IMG/VR virus record: IMGVR_UViG_3300032579_000011
Coordinates: 14,899-78,898 of that record
Length of the DNA: 64,000 bases
Origin: a virus
Strand: one strand, 5' to 3'
A program made the translations under genes and the position numbers. Positions 20,272 through 28,620 of this stretch are shown piece after piece. Every line of letters starts with the position of its first letter. The first letter of the stretch is position 1. The notes beneath the pieces were generated by a model. The model was not told where the DNA came from. It worked only from the letters and a program-made list of their open reading frames with translations, and made no database searches.

Positions 20272-20943
20272 ATGGACTATAAAAAAATATATGATAATCT
20301 GATAATCAGAGCACAAAATAGAGTAACAAATGGACAAATATATTACGAACTTCACCATATCATCCCAAGATGTATGAATGGTTCTGATGATTGGAGTAAT
20401 CTTGTCTATTTGTTACCAGAAGAACATTATCTAGCGCATCAACTATTAGTAAAAATATATCCTGAAATATTTGAATTAGCTTTTGCTGCAAATATGATGT
20501 GTACAAATAGACCAAGCAATAAGTTGTACGGATGGATTAGAAGAAGAATTTCAGATAATATGAAACGAAATAATCCAAATGCTGTCGGTAAATCTAGAAG
20601 AGAATATATACAAAAGAATGGTCCTGTTGAAGTTGATAGAAGTTATATTACAGATGAATATAGAAAAAAATGTAGTGAAGGTAAAATAGGTTCTAAAAAT
20701 CCGATGCATGGAAAATTGCCATGGGAACATTCAAGAGCAACGAATGAAACAAAAAAAGAATGGGCAAAGGCTGATGAGTATTATAATTGGTGGAAAGAAA
20801 CAAAAAAATCATACCACGCAATGGCTATAAATTTTGGGTTCGATAAACCAATGATGACACATCATAATATGATTAATAAATTTAGAGAAGGTTGGGTTCC
20901 AAATGAAGATAACAACTGGAAGGATTTTAAATGCAAGATTTGA
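20272..20943 (+). CDS. HNH homing endonuclease
   Basis: ELHHIIPRCMNGSDD..NLV.L..EEHYLAH; late promoter at 20244. Confidence 0.9.
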   Translation: MDYKKIYDNLIIRAQNRVTNGQIYYELHHIIPRCMNGSDDWSNLVYLLPEEHYLAHQLLVKIYPEIFELAFAANMMCTNRPSNKLYGWIRRRISDNMKRNNPNAVGKSRREYIQKNGPVEVDRSYITDEYRKKCSEGKIGSKNPMHGKLPWEHSRATNETKKEWAKADEYYNWWKETKKSYHAMAINFGFDKPMMTHHNMINKFREGWVPNEDNNWKDFKCKI

Positions 20944-21167
20944 GAGATACAATCAGTAGTCAATACAAAGTAGAACTTATATATCGTGATACTTGGTCAA
21001 CAGAGAAACCTACAGGTCAACAAGTAGGTATTCCACCTCATGATATTCGTGTTACGCATAAAGATTCTGGTATTATTGCTCAGTGTGGTGCTTATGGTTC
21101 AGATCATAAGAATAGAGAAGTTGCAATGAGAATGGTTTCATTAGGTGTTGAAGTTTGGGCGGAATAA
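20931..21167 (+). CDS. Small RF-1 domain-like (release factor domain 3) protein
   Basis: TGQQVG...IRVTHKDSGIIAQC...SDHKNREVAM resembles GGQHVN...VRITHLPTGIVV.C...SQHKN...AM. Confidence 0.6.
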   Translation: MQDLRDTISSQYKVELIYRDTWSTEKPTGQQVGIPPHDIRVTHKDSGIIAQCGAYGSDHKNREVAMRMVSLGVEVWAE

Positions 21168-21171
21168 TGCA

Positions 21172-21360
21172 ATGAAAGCTAAGAAAACAAAATTGACTTT
21201 TGAAGAAATCTATAGTAAGCTTCATATGCGTGAGTATGTTGTGGTGCATACAAAGGAGGAGATGAAACCATATCTTCTCAATGCCAATGATAACACTCTT
21301 TATACGATACCAGAAGGATACCTTGAATATGACAAACGATTCTACTACCGAAAGTATTAA
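21172..21360 (+). CDS. Hypothetical protein
   Basis: MKAKKTKLTFEEI...; has a degenerate paralog at 21474. Confidence 0.6.
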   Translation: MKAKKTKLTFEEIYSKLHMREYVVVHTKEEMKPYLLNANDNTLYTIPEGYLEYDKRFYYRKY

Positions 21361-21473
21361 TGGTCTTCAAATAGTTGTTCACGAAACAGACCCAACAGCA
21401 AAAATCTATATGGTTGGGAGATTGGAAGATTGAAGAAAAATAGAAGCGAATCCTACGAGAGTTGTAAAATTTA

Positions 21474-21665
21474 ATGATTGAGATAGAGTTAAATAAGTTG
21501 ACATATAAATAAATATTTGATAAGCTAGAATCAAGAACTTACGTTCTAGTACATATTAAAGATACTATGCAGCCTTGTTTACTTGAACCAGAAAGTGGAA
21601 AATTGTTTGAAGTACCTGATGGTTATCTTGAATATGATAAAAAATATTTTAGGAGAAATATATGA
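21474..21665 (+). pseudogene. Paralog of 21172-21360 with an internal TAA
   Basis: KLTYK*IFDKL...VPDGYLEYDKKYF aligns with KLTFEEIYSKL...IPEGYLEYDKRFY. Confidence 0.7.
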
Positions 21666-21913
21666 AAGACATTATTAAAATGGCTGACGAAAAAGACGAG
21701 TTTGTAACATCAGACGACGGATTCGTTTATTGGTGGCCAAAGGGTCTTGATGGATATGTTTCGGCTCAAAATCTCCGTGATTTGGCGACAGAATTAGATG
21801 CCAGAAACGAAAAGTGGGAAAAGACCATCAACGAATGTTTTGATGGTTTTAAATGTCCTATCAATTTTGATGGTTGTAAAGAAAATTGTGGTAATTACGG
21901 GTGTAATAATTAA
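21662..21913 (+). CDS. Hypothetical protein
   Basis: ORF with AGGAG RBS; Cys-rich C-terminus. Confidence 0.6.
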   Translation: MKDIIKMADEKDEFVTSDDGFVYWWPKGLDGYVSAQNLRDLATELDARNEKWEKTINECFDGFKCPINFDGCKENCGNYGCNN

Positions 21914-23029
21914 ATGAGTGTATTTGATATTAATAACAAAAAAAATTCTATCAAAGCAAATTTGTTTTTTGACGATCCGGTAACTATTGCTAGATATGAT
22001 AAGCAGAAGTATCCATGGATCGAAAAATTAACAAATCAACAACTTGGTTTCTTTTGGAGACCCGAAGAAGTAGATATTTCAAGAGACTCTAAAGACTTCA
22101 AGGGTCTAAATTCTCATGAGCAACACATTTTCACAAGCAATCTTAAGCGACAAATCCTTCTTGATTCCGTACAGGGTCGAGCGCCGACAGCCGCTTTTAG
22201 TCCAATATGTTCGCTGCCAGAGTTAGAAACTTGGATAACTACATGGACTTTTAGTGAAACAATCCATAGTAGATCTTATACTCATATTATCAGAAACATA
22301 TACCCAAATCCTTCTAAGGTTTTTGATGAATTAATGGATATCAAAGAAATCGTAGATTGTGCCAATGATATCAGCAAGTATTATGATAATTTAATTTCAT
22401 TTAATGAAATATCTTCTTGCAATGAGATTCCTGAGTATGGATTGACAGATTGGTGTCCGTCGAAATATGAACATAAGAAAGCTCTTTGGCTTGCATTGAT
22501 GTCTGTTAATGTTCTCGAAGGCATTCGCTTCTATGTTTCGTTTGCTTGTTCATGGGCGTTTGCCGAAGTTAAGAAGATGGAAGGTAATGCCAAGATTATT
22601 AAATTAATCGCTCGTGATGAAAATCTTCATCTTGCTGGTACTCAGCAATTACTTAAGGCTTTGGTCAAAGAAGATGAAGATTTTGCCAAGATTGCAGAAG
22701 AAACAAAACAAGAATGTATTAAGTTGTTTGTTGACGCGGTTGAACAAGAAAAGACATGGGCTAGTTATCTATTCAAAGATGGTTCTATGATAGGTCTTAA
22801 CGAAAAACTATTAAACGAATATATAGAATGGATCGCTAACAAGAGAATGACAGCGATAGGACTAAATACAACCTATAAGGGCGGTAGTAATCCTTTGCCA
22901 TGGACTCAGAAATGGATTTCTGGTTCTGAAGTACAAGTTGCTCCACAAGAAACAGAAATAACTTCTTACGTCATTGGTGGCGTTAAGAAGGACGTAACGA
23001 ATGACACGTTTAAAGGATTTAGTCTATGA
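21914..23029 (+). CDS. nrdB: Class Ia RNR small subunit
   Basis: FFWRPEEV, LLDSVQGR, ETIHSRSY, LEGIRFY, RDENLH, VAPQETE. Confidence 0.96.
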   Translation: MSVFDINNKKNSIKANLFFDDPVTIARYDKQKYPWIEKLTNQQLGFFWRPEEVDISRDSKDFKGLNSHEQHIFTSNLKRQILLDSVQGRAPTAAFSPICSLPELETWITTWTFSETIHSRSYTHIIRNIYPNPSKVFDELMDIKEIVDCANDISKYYDNLISFNEISSCNEIPEYGLTDWCPSKYEHKKALWLALMSVNVLEGIRFYVSFACSWAFAEVKKMEGNAKIIKLIARDENLHLAGTQQLLKALVKEDEDFAKIAEETKQECIKLFVDAVEQEKTWASYLFKDGSMIGLNEKLLNEYIEWIANKRMTAIGLNTTYKGGSNPLPWTQKWISGSEVQVAPQETEITSYVIGGVKKDVTNDTFKGFSL

Positions 23030-23478
23030 TTTTAGAAGTATTATTTTCATTATTAATTAGTTCGGCATCAGCGAAGGAATTTCCAATTCTACCTGATCCT
23101 GCTTTGACGCCCGGTGTAGTTGATCAGGAAGCAACAATGGAAAAGATTTGTCTTTCTGGATACACAGGAACTGTTCGTAATGTTTCTTCGGCCACAAAGA
23201 AAAAGGTTTTCAAGGAATATGGTATTGATCCCAAAGCAGACAAGTTCGAAATTGATCATTTGATTTCTTTAGAACTCGGTGGTTCTAATGATATTAAGAA
23301 CCTGTGGCCTCAAAGCTACACTACAATGCCTTGGAACGCTCATGTCAAAGATAGACTAGAAAATAAGTTGCATAGAATGATTTGTGATGGTATAATCACA
23401 ATGGAAGATGCTCAACAACAAATTTCAACAGACTGGATTAAAACATATAAGAAATACATAGGAGAACCAAAAAATTGA
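23026..23478 (+). CDS. Signal-peptide-bearing HNH-like protein
   Basis: Hydrophobic N-terminus with ASA cleavage site; EIDHLISLELGGSNDIKNLWPQ. Confidence 0.65.
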   Translation: MILEVLFSLLISSASAKEFPILPDPALTPGVVDQEATMEKICLSGYTGTVRNVSSATKKKVFKEYGIDPKADKFEIDHLISLELGGSNDIKNLWPQSYTTMPWNAHVKDRLENKLHRMICDGIITMEDAQQQISTDWIKTYKKYIGEPKN

Positions 23479-23621
23479 TTACTTGTCAAGATTGTGAGGC
23501 AGAATTTACAATTGAACACGACGAATTAGATGAACCAGAATTTTGTCCTTTTTGTGCGAATAAGTTAGTTTATGATGATACATCCGATGAATGGGAAGCA
23601 CAAGACGACGAAGGTTGTTGA
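23475..23621 (+). CDS. Small zinc-ribbon protein (not in ORF track)
   Basis: TTG start; MITCQDCEAEF...EFCPFCANKL..., acidic tail. Confidence 0.65.
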   Translation: MITCQDCEAEFTIEHDELDEPEFCPFCANKLVYDDTSDEWEAQDDEGC

Positions 23622-23642
23622 CATTACTAAATATCCCAAACA

Positions 23643-24062
23643 ATGGAGTTTGGGATGTGGATTTACGAAAATAAAGAATATGAATTTAATAATGAATATA
23701 CTTCGTTTGTGTATATAATAACTAATACTGCAAACAATAGAAAATATATCGGAAAGAAAACTTTCTTTTTTCTGAAAACTAAACAAGTTAAGGGAAAGAA
23801 AAAAAGAACCAAAGTTGAATCGGATTGGAAATCATATTTTGGTTCTTCCGAAGATCTTCAGGAAGACGTTAAAAAATACGGCGAAAATAGTTTTACTCGT
23901 GAAATAATTCGTCTCTGTAAATCCAAAGGAGAAGCGACATATTACGAGGCAAAATATCAGTTTGAAAATGCTGTGCTTTTTTCGGACGAATGGTACAACT
24001 CTCATATAATGTGTCGTGTTCACAAAAAACATCTTACTTTTTTGAAGCAAAAGCAGCTTTAA
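23643..24062 (+). CDS. GIY-YIG family nuclease
   Basis: FVYIITN...KYIGKK, ESDWKSYFGSS, FTREII, WYN. Confidence 0.8.
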   Translation: MEFGMWIYENKEYEFNNEYTSFVYIITNTANNRKYIGKKTFFFLKTKQVKGKKKRTKVESDWKSYFGSSEDLQEDVKKYGENSFTREIIRLCKSKGEATYYEAKYQFENAVLFSDEWYNSHIMCRVHKKHLTFLKQKQL

Positions 24063-24504
24063 TTTTGGCTTTATGTTCTTCGCTTAAAGTTCTTCCTTTT
24101 CGAACTTTACTGAGATTTTCTTTATGTTTTTCTGATTGTTTTTTGCCTAATTTTGCTAATCGCATTTTTAATCGAGTTTCTTCAGAAAACGGTTTCTTAG
24201 GAATCCCTTTACGCATTTTACTCATACGTTGACGAGATTCTAAAGAAAATGTAGCTCCTGTGGTTCCATCACCACCATCTGTTTTATTGAGAAGGTTTGA
24301 ACGGTCATACCAAGCGATGTATTTTCTCTCTAAAGCAAAAGCTCCGATTTCAGATAAATTACGTTCTAAGAAAACGATTTTAGATTTATCTGATGGAATT
24401 TCGCAACTATGATCTTTAGAGAAAGCTCTTTTATTTTTGCCCTTGCCAATATAATATGGCGTACCATCTTCTCGAAGATATGCGTATACGTAATAAATAA
24501 ACAT
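24034..24504 (-). CDS. GIY-YIG-type homing endonuclease with NUMOD3 repeats
   Basis: YVYAYLREDGTPYYIGKG, NKTDGGDG, SEETRLKM / SEEHKAKI repeats. Confidence 0.85.
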   Translation of the reverse strand: MFIYYVYAYLREDGTPYYIGKGKNKRAFSKDHSCEIPSDKSKIVFLERNLSEIGAFALERKYIAWYDRSNLLNKTDGGDGTTGATFSLESRQRMSKMRKGIPKKPFSEETRLKMRLAKLGKKQSEKHKENLSKVRKGRTLSEEHKAKIKAAFASKK

Positions 24505-24581
24505 TGCTGGACCTCCTATCAGGTTTAGAGTAGGTGGAGACGGCAATCTCGCGACCTACATTATTTAGCGAAAAAAAGAGT

Positions 24582-24610
24582 TTGACTTTCCTGAAGAAAT
24601 AGGGTAGTAT
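24582..24610 (+). promoter_or_regulatory. sigma70-like promoter
   Basis: TTGACT-N17-TAGTAT. Confidence 0.65.
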
Positions 24611-24622
24611 ATAAAAATAGAC

Positions 24623-24638
24623 GCCCCCTTGGCGGAAT
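24623..24638 (+). pseudogene. 5' fragment of a tRNA-Leu-like gene
   Basis: GCCCCCTTGGCGGAAT resembles the 5' ends of the Leu tRNAs in this window; sits just after a promoter. Confidence 0.5.
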
Positions 24639-25263
24639 GATAAAATTGAAAAGAATAGCAGAAAATATAGAAACAACAGAATTATGTTCTTACGGATGTG
24701 GTAATATTGCTAGATTCAGAAATGGGTCTAATAAATTGATGTGCGAAATTAGAGCAACAAAATGTCCAGAAATTAGAAGAAAAAATAGTGAAGGTTCTAT
24801 AAAAGCGTATCAAAAATATAAAAACATTAACAGATATTTAAATACGTCAGAAGAATCTAAAAGAAAAATGAATTGGAACAAAGAAAAATATAATGCTGAT
24901 TTTTCTTATAATGGTAAAGGATCACACAAAAAAGTCTTAATAAAGGAACGAGGTTATAAATGTGAATCTTGTAATTTGTCAGAATGGTTAAACGAACCTA
25001 TACCTCTAGAATTGGAACATTGTGACGGTGATAATCTAAATAATATAAAAAATAATTTATTGTTATTATGTCCAAATTGTCATGCTAAAACAAAGTTTTA
25101 TAGAGGTAAAAACATAAATAATGGTAAAATGAAAGTTTCTGATGAAAAATTATTGACTTCTCTTAAAAAACATAGTAATATAAGACAAGCTTTACTCGAA
25201 GTTGGGTTAACACCCAAAGGTAAAAATTACGATAGAGCTTATAAATTATTAACGCCCGTGTAG
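24637..25263 (+). CDS. HNH endonuclease
   Basis: CESC...LELEHCDGDNLNN..NNLLLLCPNCH. Confidence 0.88.
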   Translation: MIKLKRIAENIETTELCSYGCGNIARFRNGSNKLMCEIRATKCPEIRRKNSEGSIKAYQKYKNINRYLNTSEESKRKMNWNKEKYNADFSYNGKGSHKKVLIKERGYKCESCNLSEWLNEPIPLELEHCDGDNLNNIKNNLLLLCPNCHAKTKFYRGKNINNGKMKVSDEKLLTSLKKHSNIRQALLEVGLTPKGKNYDRAYKLLTPV

Positions 25264-25332
25264 CCCAACAGGTTAGTAGGCAATTGACTTAAAATCAATA
25301 CAGTGTGGGTTCGAATCCCACCACGGGCACCA
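25254..25332 (+). tRNA. tRNA-Leu(TAA)
   Basis: GCCCGTG/CACGGGC acceptor, ATTGA-CTTAAAA-TCAAT, TTCGAAT, CCA. Confidence 0.9.
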
Positions 25333-25350
25333 ATTTCTGATCGGAGATAT

Positions 25351-25623
25351 ATGATGAAAGTTATGTTGGAATTGACACCCGAAGCCTTTAGTTCGCTTGA
25401 GGAAACTGTGCTAATCCAAAGTCTAGCAGATTCGGCAAGAACTCTTATCGAAGAGATAGATAGGTTCTTATCTAAGGAGTCGATTCGTCAACATGAAGTA
25501 AGAGACTTACAAGACGATATGATATATCTTGAATGTTTTAAGCGCGTTCTAGAGTATTATACAAGTGACGAACAACGTAAAACTGAGTTTGTTGATATTT
25601 TCGAAGGAGGTAATGATGAATAA
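25351..25623 (+). CDS. Hypothetical protein
   Basis: Start after tRNA at MMKVMLEL with GGAG RBS. Confidence 0.6.
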   Translation: MMKVMLELTPEAFSSLEETVLIQSLADSARTLIEEIDRFLSKESIRQHEVRDLQDDMIYLECFKRVLEYYTSDEQRKTEFVDIFEGGNDE

Positions 25624-25720
25624 GAAGGCACATAAGAAGTTGATTAAGATGCAGAATAAGTTTGGTAAAGATGCTGGTAAGGCTCTTTGGATTCTAATGA
25701 AGAAGAATGGAGAACTGTAA
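25616..25720 (+). CDS. Small basic hypothetical protein
   Basis: GGAGG RBS; MNKKAHKKLIKMQ... Confidence 0.5.
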   Translation: MNKKAHKKLIKMQNKFGKDAGKALWILMKKNGEL

Positions 25721-25721
25721 C

Positions 25722-25811
25722 ATGAGTCATCCGCATAAGAATCGCCCGCGTAAGGGTCGCCGTAAGGTTGGTTCTAAGAAGCGCAGGGCACGACGTAATC
25801 GTAAGAGGTAG
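25722..25811 (+). CDS. 29-aa Arg/Lys-rich peptide
   Basis: MSHPHKNRPRKGRRKVGSKKRRARRNRKR; GGAG RBS. Confidence 0.55.
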   Translation: MSHPHKNRPRKGRRKVGSKKRRARRNRKR

Positions 25812-25835
25812 TCTCTAATTTTTTAAAGGTGTAAA

Positions 25836-26324
25836 ATGAAAGAGTTTGATCTTAAGGAAGTAATTGATTTCATCAAGAATTCTTCTAACGAGACAAAGAT
25901 TTATATCGGCGCTGATTCCGAACGTTATCGTAAGAATGAGGTTTGGTATGCTGATTATACTGTGGCTGTTGTTGTTCATATTGATGGCAACAAGGGTTGT
26001 AAGGTATTTGGTAAGTCAGATGTAGAACGTGATTTTGATCAGAAGAAAGAAAAGCCAGCTTTTCGTCTGATGAACGAAGTTTATCGTGCTGCTCAGATGT
26101 ATATCGACCTTGCCGAAGCCATTGGTGATCGTCATTTCGAGTTGCACCTTGATATCAATCCAAACGAAATGCATGGTTCGTCTTGTGTTATCACACAGGC
26201 AACTGGTTATATTCGTGGTATGTGTGGTGTTACTCCAAAGGTTAAGCCAGAGGCACCAGCAGCTTCATTTTGTGCTGATCGTTTGAAGGAAATTCTAACG
26301 AACAACGAAAGTATTGCTGCTTAA
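25836..26324 (+). CDS. RNase H-like YkuK/DUF458 family protein
   Basis: IYIGADS, RLMNEV, LHLDINP, KP.A.AAS..AD. Confidence 0.8.
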   Translation: MKEFDLKEVIDFIKNSSNETKIYIGADSERYRKNEVWYADYTVAVVVHIDGNKGCKVFGKSDVERDFDQKKEKPAFRLMNEVYRAAQMYIDLAEAIGDRHFELHLDINPNEMHGSSCVITQATGYIRGMCGVTPKVKPEAPAASFCADRLKEILTNNESIAA

Positions 26325-26331
26325 ATAATAC

Positions 26332-26364
26332 AGGCGCGTAGCTTAAAGGTGAAGCCGGTCGCTC
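26332..26364 (+). pseudogene. 5' half of a tRNA truncated at the anticodon loop
   Basis: AGGCGCG-TA-GCTT-AAAGGTG-AAGC-C-GGTCG-CT then AT-rich DNA. Confidence 0.65.
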
Positions 26365-26415
26365 TTTAAAATTTAATTTTTATAAATACTTCTATAATTA
26401 ATAGGAGTATTTTAT

Positions 26416-27102
26416 ATGAAATGTAAATTCTGCAATCAATTAAAGAAAAATTTGAATTCTTTAAGAAATCATGAGAGACTATGTAAAGAAAATACAAATA
26501 AAGAAAAAACTTGGATTCAAAAACGAAAAGAAGCGGGAATAGAAATTAAATTTGATTTTCATCAATCGCCTGAATATAAAGAAAAACAAAGACAAAAAAG
26601 ATTATTGTGTCCTCCCGCTTCTTTAGAACAAAGACAAAAAGCTTCTATAAAAACAAAAGAATACTATTCTAATCCTGAAAATAGAAAAAAACATTCAAAA
26701 ATAATGAAAAAGGCGGTATTAGAACACCCAGAATCTTATTCTGATAAAAACATAGTTGGAAGATCAAAACATTTTACAATCGATGGTGTTAGATTTAATA
26801 GCACTTGGGAATATGAAGTTGCAAAATTTTTAGATAAAAATAATATTAAATGGATCAGAAGTAATATAAAACCAATTTCTTATTTTTGGAATGATGATTG
26901 GCATTTATATTTTCCAGATTTTTTAATTGAAGAATATAATTGTTATATTGAAGTAAAGGGATATGAAACAGATCGTGATAGGGCTAAATGGAGCCAATTA
27001 GATAAAAAAATATTAGTAATCAAACAAAAAGAAATTGACTTAATAAAAAAACAGAATTATGATATAATTAGTAAATTATCGTCCTATAGCTCAATCGGTT
27101 AG
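26416..27102 (+). CDS. PD-(D/E)XK (TnsA/Vsr-like) endonuclease with N-terminal zinc finger
   Basis: CKFC...LRNHERLC; STWE, YFPDF, YIEVKG; late promoter at 26381. Confidence 0.85.
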   Translation: MKCKFCNQLKKNLNSLRNHERLCKENTNKEKTWIQKRKEAGIEIKFDFHQSPEYKEKQRQKRLLCPPASLEQRQKASIKTKEYYSNPENRKKHSKIMKKAVLEHPESYSDKNIVGRSKHFTIDGVRFNSTWEYEVAKFLDKNNIKWIRSNIKPISYFWNDDWHLYFPDFLIEEYNCYIEVKGYETDRDRAKWSQLDKKILVIKQKEIDLIKKQNYDIISKLSSYSSIG

Positions 27103-27155
27103 AGCAGGCGCCTTATAAGCGTCAGATCTGGGTTCAATTCCCGGTAGGACAACCA
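27080..27155 (+). tRNA. tRNA-Ile(TAT)
   Basis: GTCCTA/TAGGAC acceptor with C1:A72 mismatch, GGCGC-CTTATAA-GCGTC, CCA. Confidence 0.85.
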
Positions 27156-27175
27156 CTATTTTGAAAGTCTACATC

Positions 27176-27544
27176 ATGAAATATTTGTATCTTTTGCCGA
27201 TTTTCTTTTTCCTTGGCGGCTGTCAAACTACAAATTCTTATCCTATAAATAAAATTACCGCTCAAAAAAGCGGTATTGTTGCCTCCTGGTATTCTTCTGG
27301 TCGAAGAACTGCCAGCGGTCAACATTTCGATCCAAATGGATATTCTGTCGCTCATCGTACCCTACCATTTGGAACTCAACTCAAACTGACTAATCCGAAT
27401 AATGGAAAGTCCATAGTTGCTATTGTCAATGACAGGGGTCCATTCGTAAGAGGGACGGGGTTGGACGTTACAAGAGGCGGTGCTCAAAAACTTGGTTTTA
27501 TTAGTCAAGGTAAAACTAGATTGATAATGGAAGTTTTGAGATAA
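27176..27544 (+). CDS. rlpA: RlpA-like (DPBB) lipoprotein
   Basis: LGGC lipobox; ASWY, TASG, AHRTLPFGT, VNDRGPF, LDVT. Confidence 0.88.
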   Translation: MKYLYLLPIFFFLGGCQTTNSYPINKITAQKSGIVASWYSSGRRTASGQHFDPNGYSVAHRTLPFGTQLKLTNPNNGKSIVAIVNDRGPFVRGTGLDVTRGGAQKLGFISQGKTRLIMEVLR

Positions 27545-27584
27545 TATATTTCTCTTAATAGCGACGTAAACAAAAGGAAAAGTA

Positions 27585-28226
27585 ATGAAAAAGCTTATAT
27601 TTTCACTAGTAGCAATGCTAGTTAGTATTGGCGTAGTTTCTACAGCTAATGCTAGACCAAGACATAAGAGACATCATTATCATCATGTTGTAGTATACAA
27701 GCATAAAAACAAAAAAGTGAATATGGTGATTGGTCAAAAACAAGAACCGCAAATATATTATTCGAATGATGACAATAGTCCAGCCGCATTTTTTGCGAAA
27801 GATAGAGCAAGAAATGTAGTTGAAACTCTTGATAATAACAAAAGAAAGACCCAAGAACATTTTGGGTTTATCGAACAGTCGATCAGACAAGGAAACGGTT
27901 TGGCTAATAAAGCATTAAGATATGTTGGTGCAACAGCTAGACAACTAGGACTTCCTCGTAGCCTTTGGTGTGCTGATTTCATGAATATGATCACACATTC
28001 TGGTAATGATCGAACTGCTATGTCATATAAACACAGGGGACAACCAGCATCTTATGGTTGTGTTAACTGTGTTGCCGTAACAACTCGTCGAGGCGGTGGT
28101 CACGTCGGGGTTGTTTCTGGTTATGATAAACATGGTAATCCTATTTTGATTTCGGGAAACCATGGCAGAAAAGTCGGTGTTGGTACTTATGCTAGAAGCA
28201 GAGTAGTAGCATACAGATATATATAA
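27585..28226 (+). CDS. Secreted CHAP/NlpC-like amidase (TIGR02594-like)
   Basis: Signal peptide; LWCADF, GGGHVGVV, ISGNH. Confidence 0.7.
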   Translation: MKKLIFSLVAMLVSIGVVSTANARPRHKRHHYHHVVVYKHKNKKVNMVIGQKQEPQIYYSNDDNSPAAFFAKDRARNVVETLDNNKRKTQEHFGFIEQSIRQGNGLANKALRYVGATARQLGLPRSLWCADFMNMITHSGNDRTAMSYKHRGQPASYGCVNCVAVTTRRGGGHVGVVSGYDKHGNPILISGNHGRKVGVGTYARSRVVAYRYI

Positions 28227-28227
28227 T

Positions 28228-28252
28228 GGGGTGGGAGAAATCCCACCCTTTT
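28228..28252 (+). terminator. Rho-independent terminator
   Basis: GGGTGGGA-GAAA-TCCCACCC-TTTT. Confidence 0.75.
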
Positions 28253-28267
28253 AATTTGGAGTTTGTT

Positions 28268-28456
28268 ATGACAACAGAAGAATTAGTTAAATCAGCTGAC
28301 CTTAATTGGTGCGTAGACATTCTTAAAAGAATAGAAAGTATAACTAACCGTTTTCCGAGCACTCAGAATGGTTATGCAGTCATAGATTATTCGGATATTG
28401 ACCAAATTAAATACCTTGTAAAAATGGGGCTAAAGGTGGTTAAAGAAGATGAATGA
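28268..28456 (+). CDS. Hypothetical protein
   Basis: MTTEELVK start with GGAG RBS. Confidence 0.5.
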   Translation: MTTEELVKSADLNWCVDILKRIESITNRFPSTQNGYAVIDYSDIDQIKYLVKMGLKVVKEDE

Positions 28457-28512
28457 CTTGACTTTTGAACCGTATCAGGTTATACTAAGTAAGGTTATGA
28501 AGGAGATATAAT

Positions 28513-28620
28513 ATGAAAAGCGATCTAGAACTGCTTGTTGAATATGATATGTTTATTTTGGGATTTGATTCCTCAAATTCTGAGGATATTAAGAAATATT
28601 GGGAGATTATGCTAGGATGA
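28513..28620 (+). CDS. Small hypothetical protein
   Basis: AAGGAG RBS after TTGACT promoter; stop overlaps glutaredoxin start. Confidence 0.55.
   Translation: MKSDLELLVEYDMFILGFDSSNSEDIKKYWEIMLG

Noticed and set aside
24623-25332. Intron-containing tRNA-Leu
   Set aside because: The 5' fragment GCCCCCT does not pair with the downstream acceptor strand CACGGGC, and the downstream tRNA is already complete
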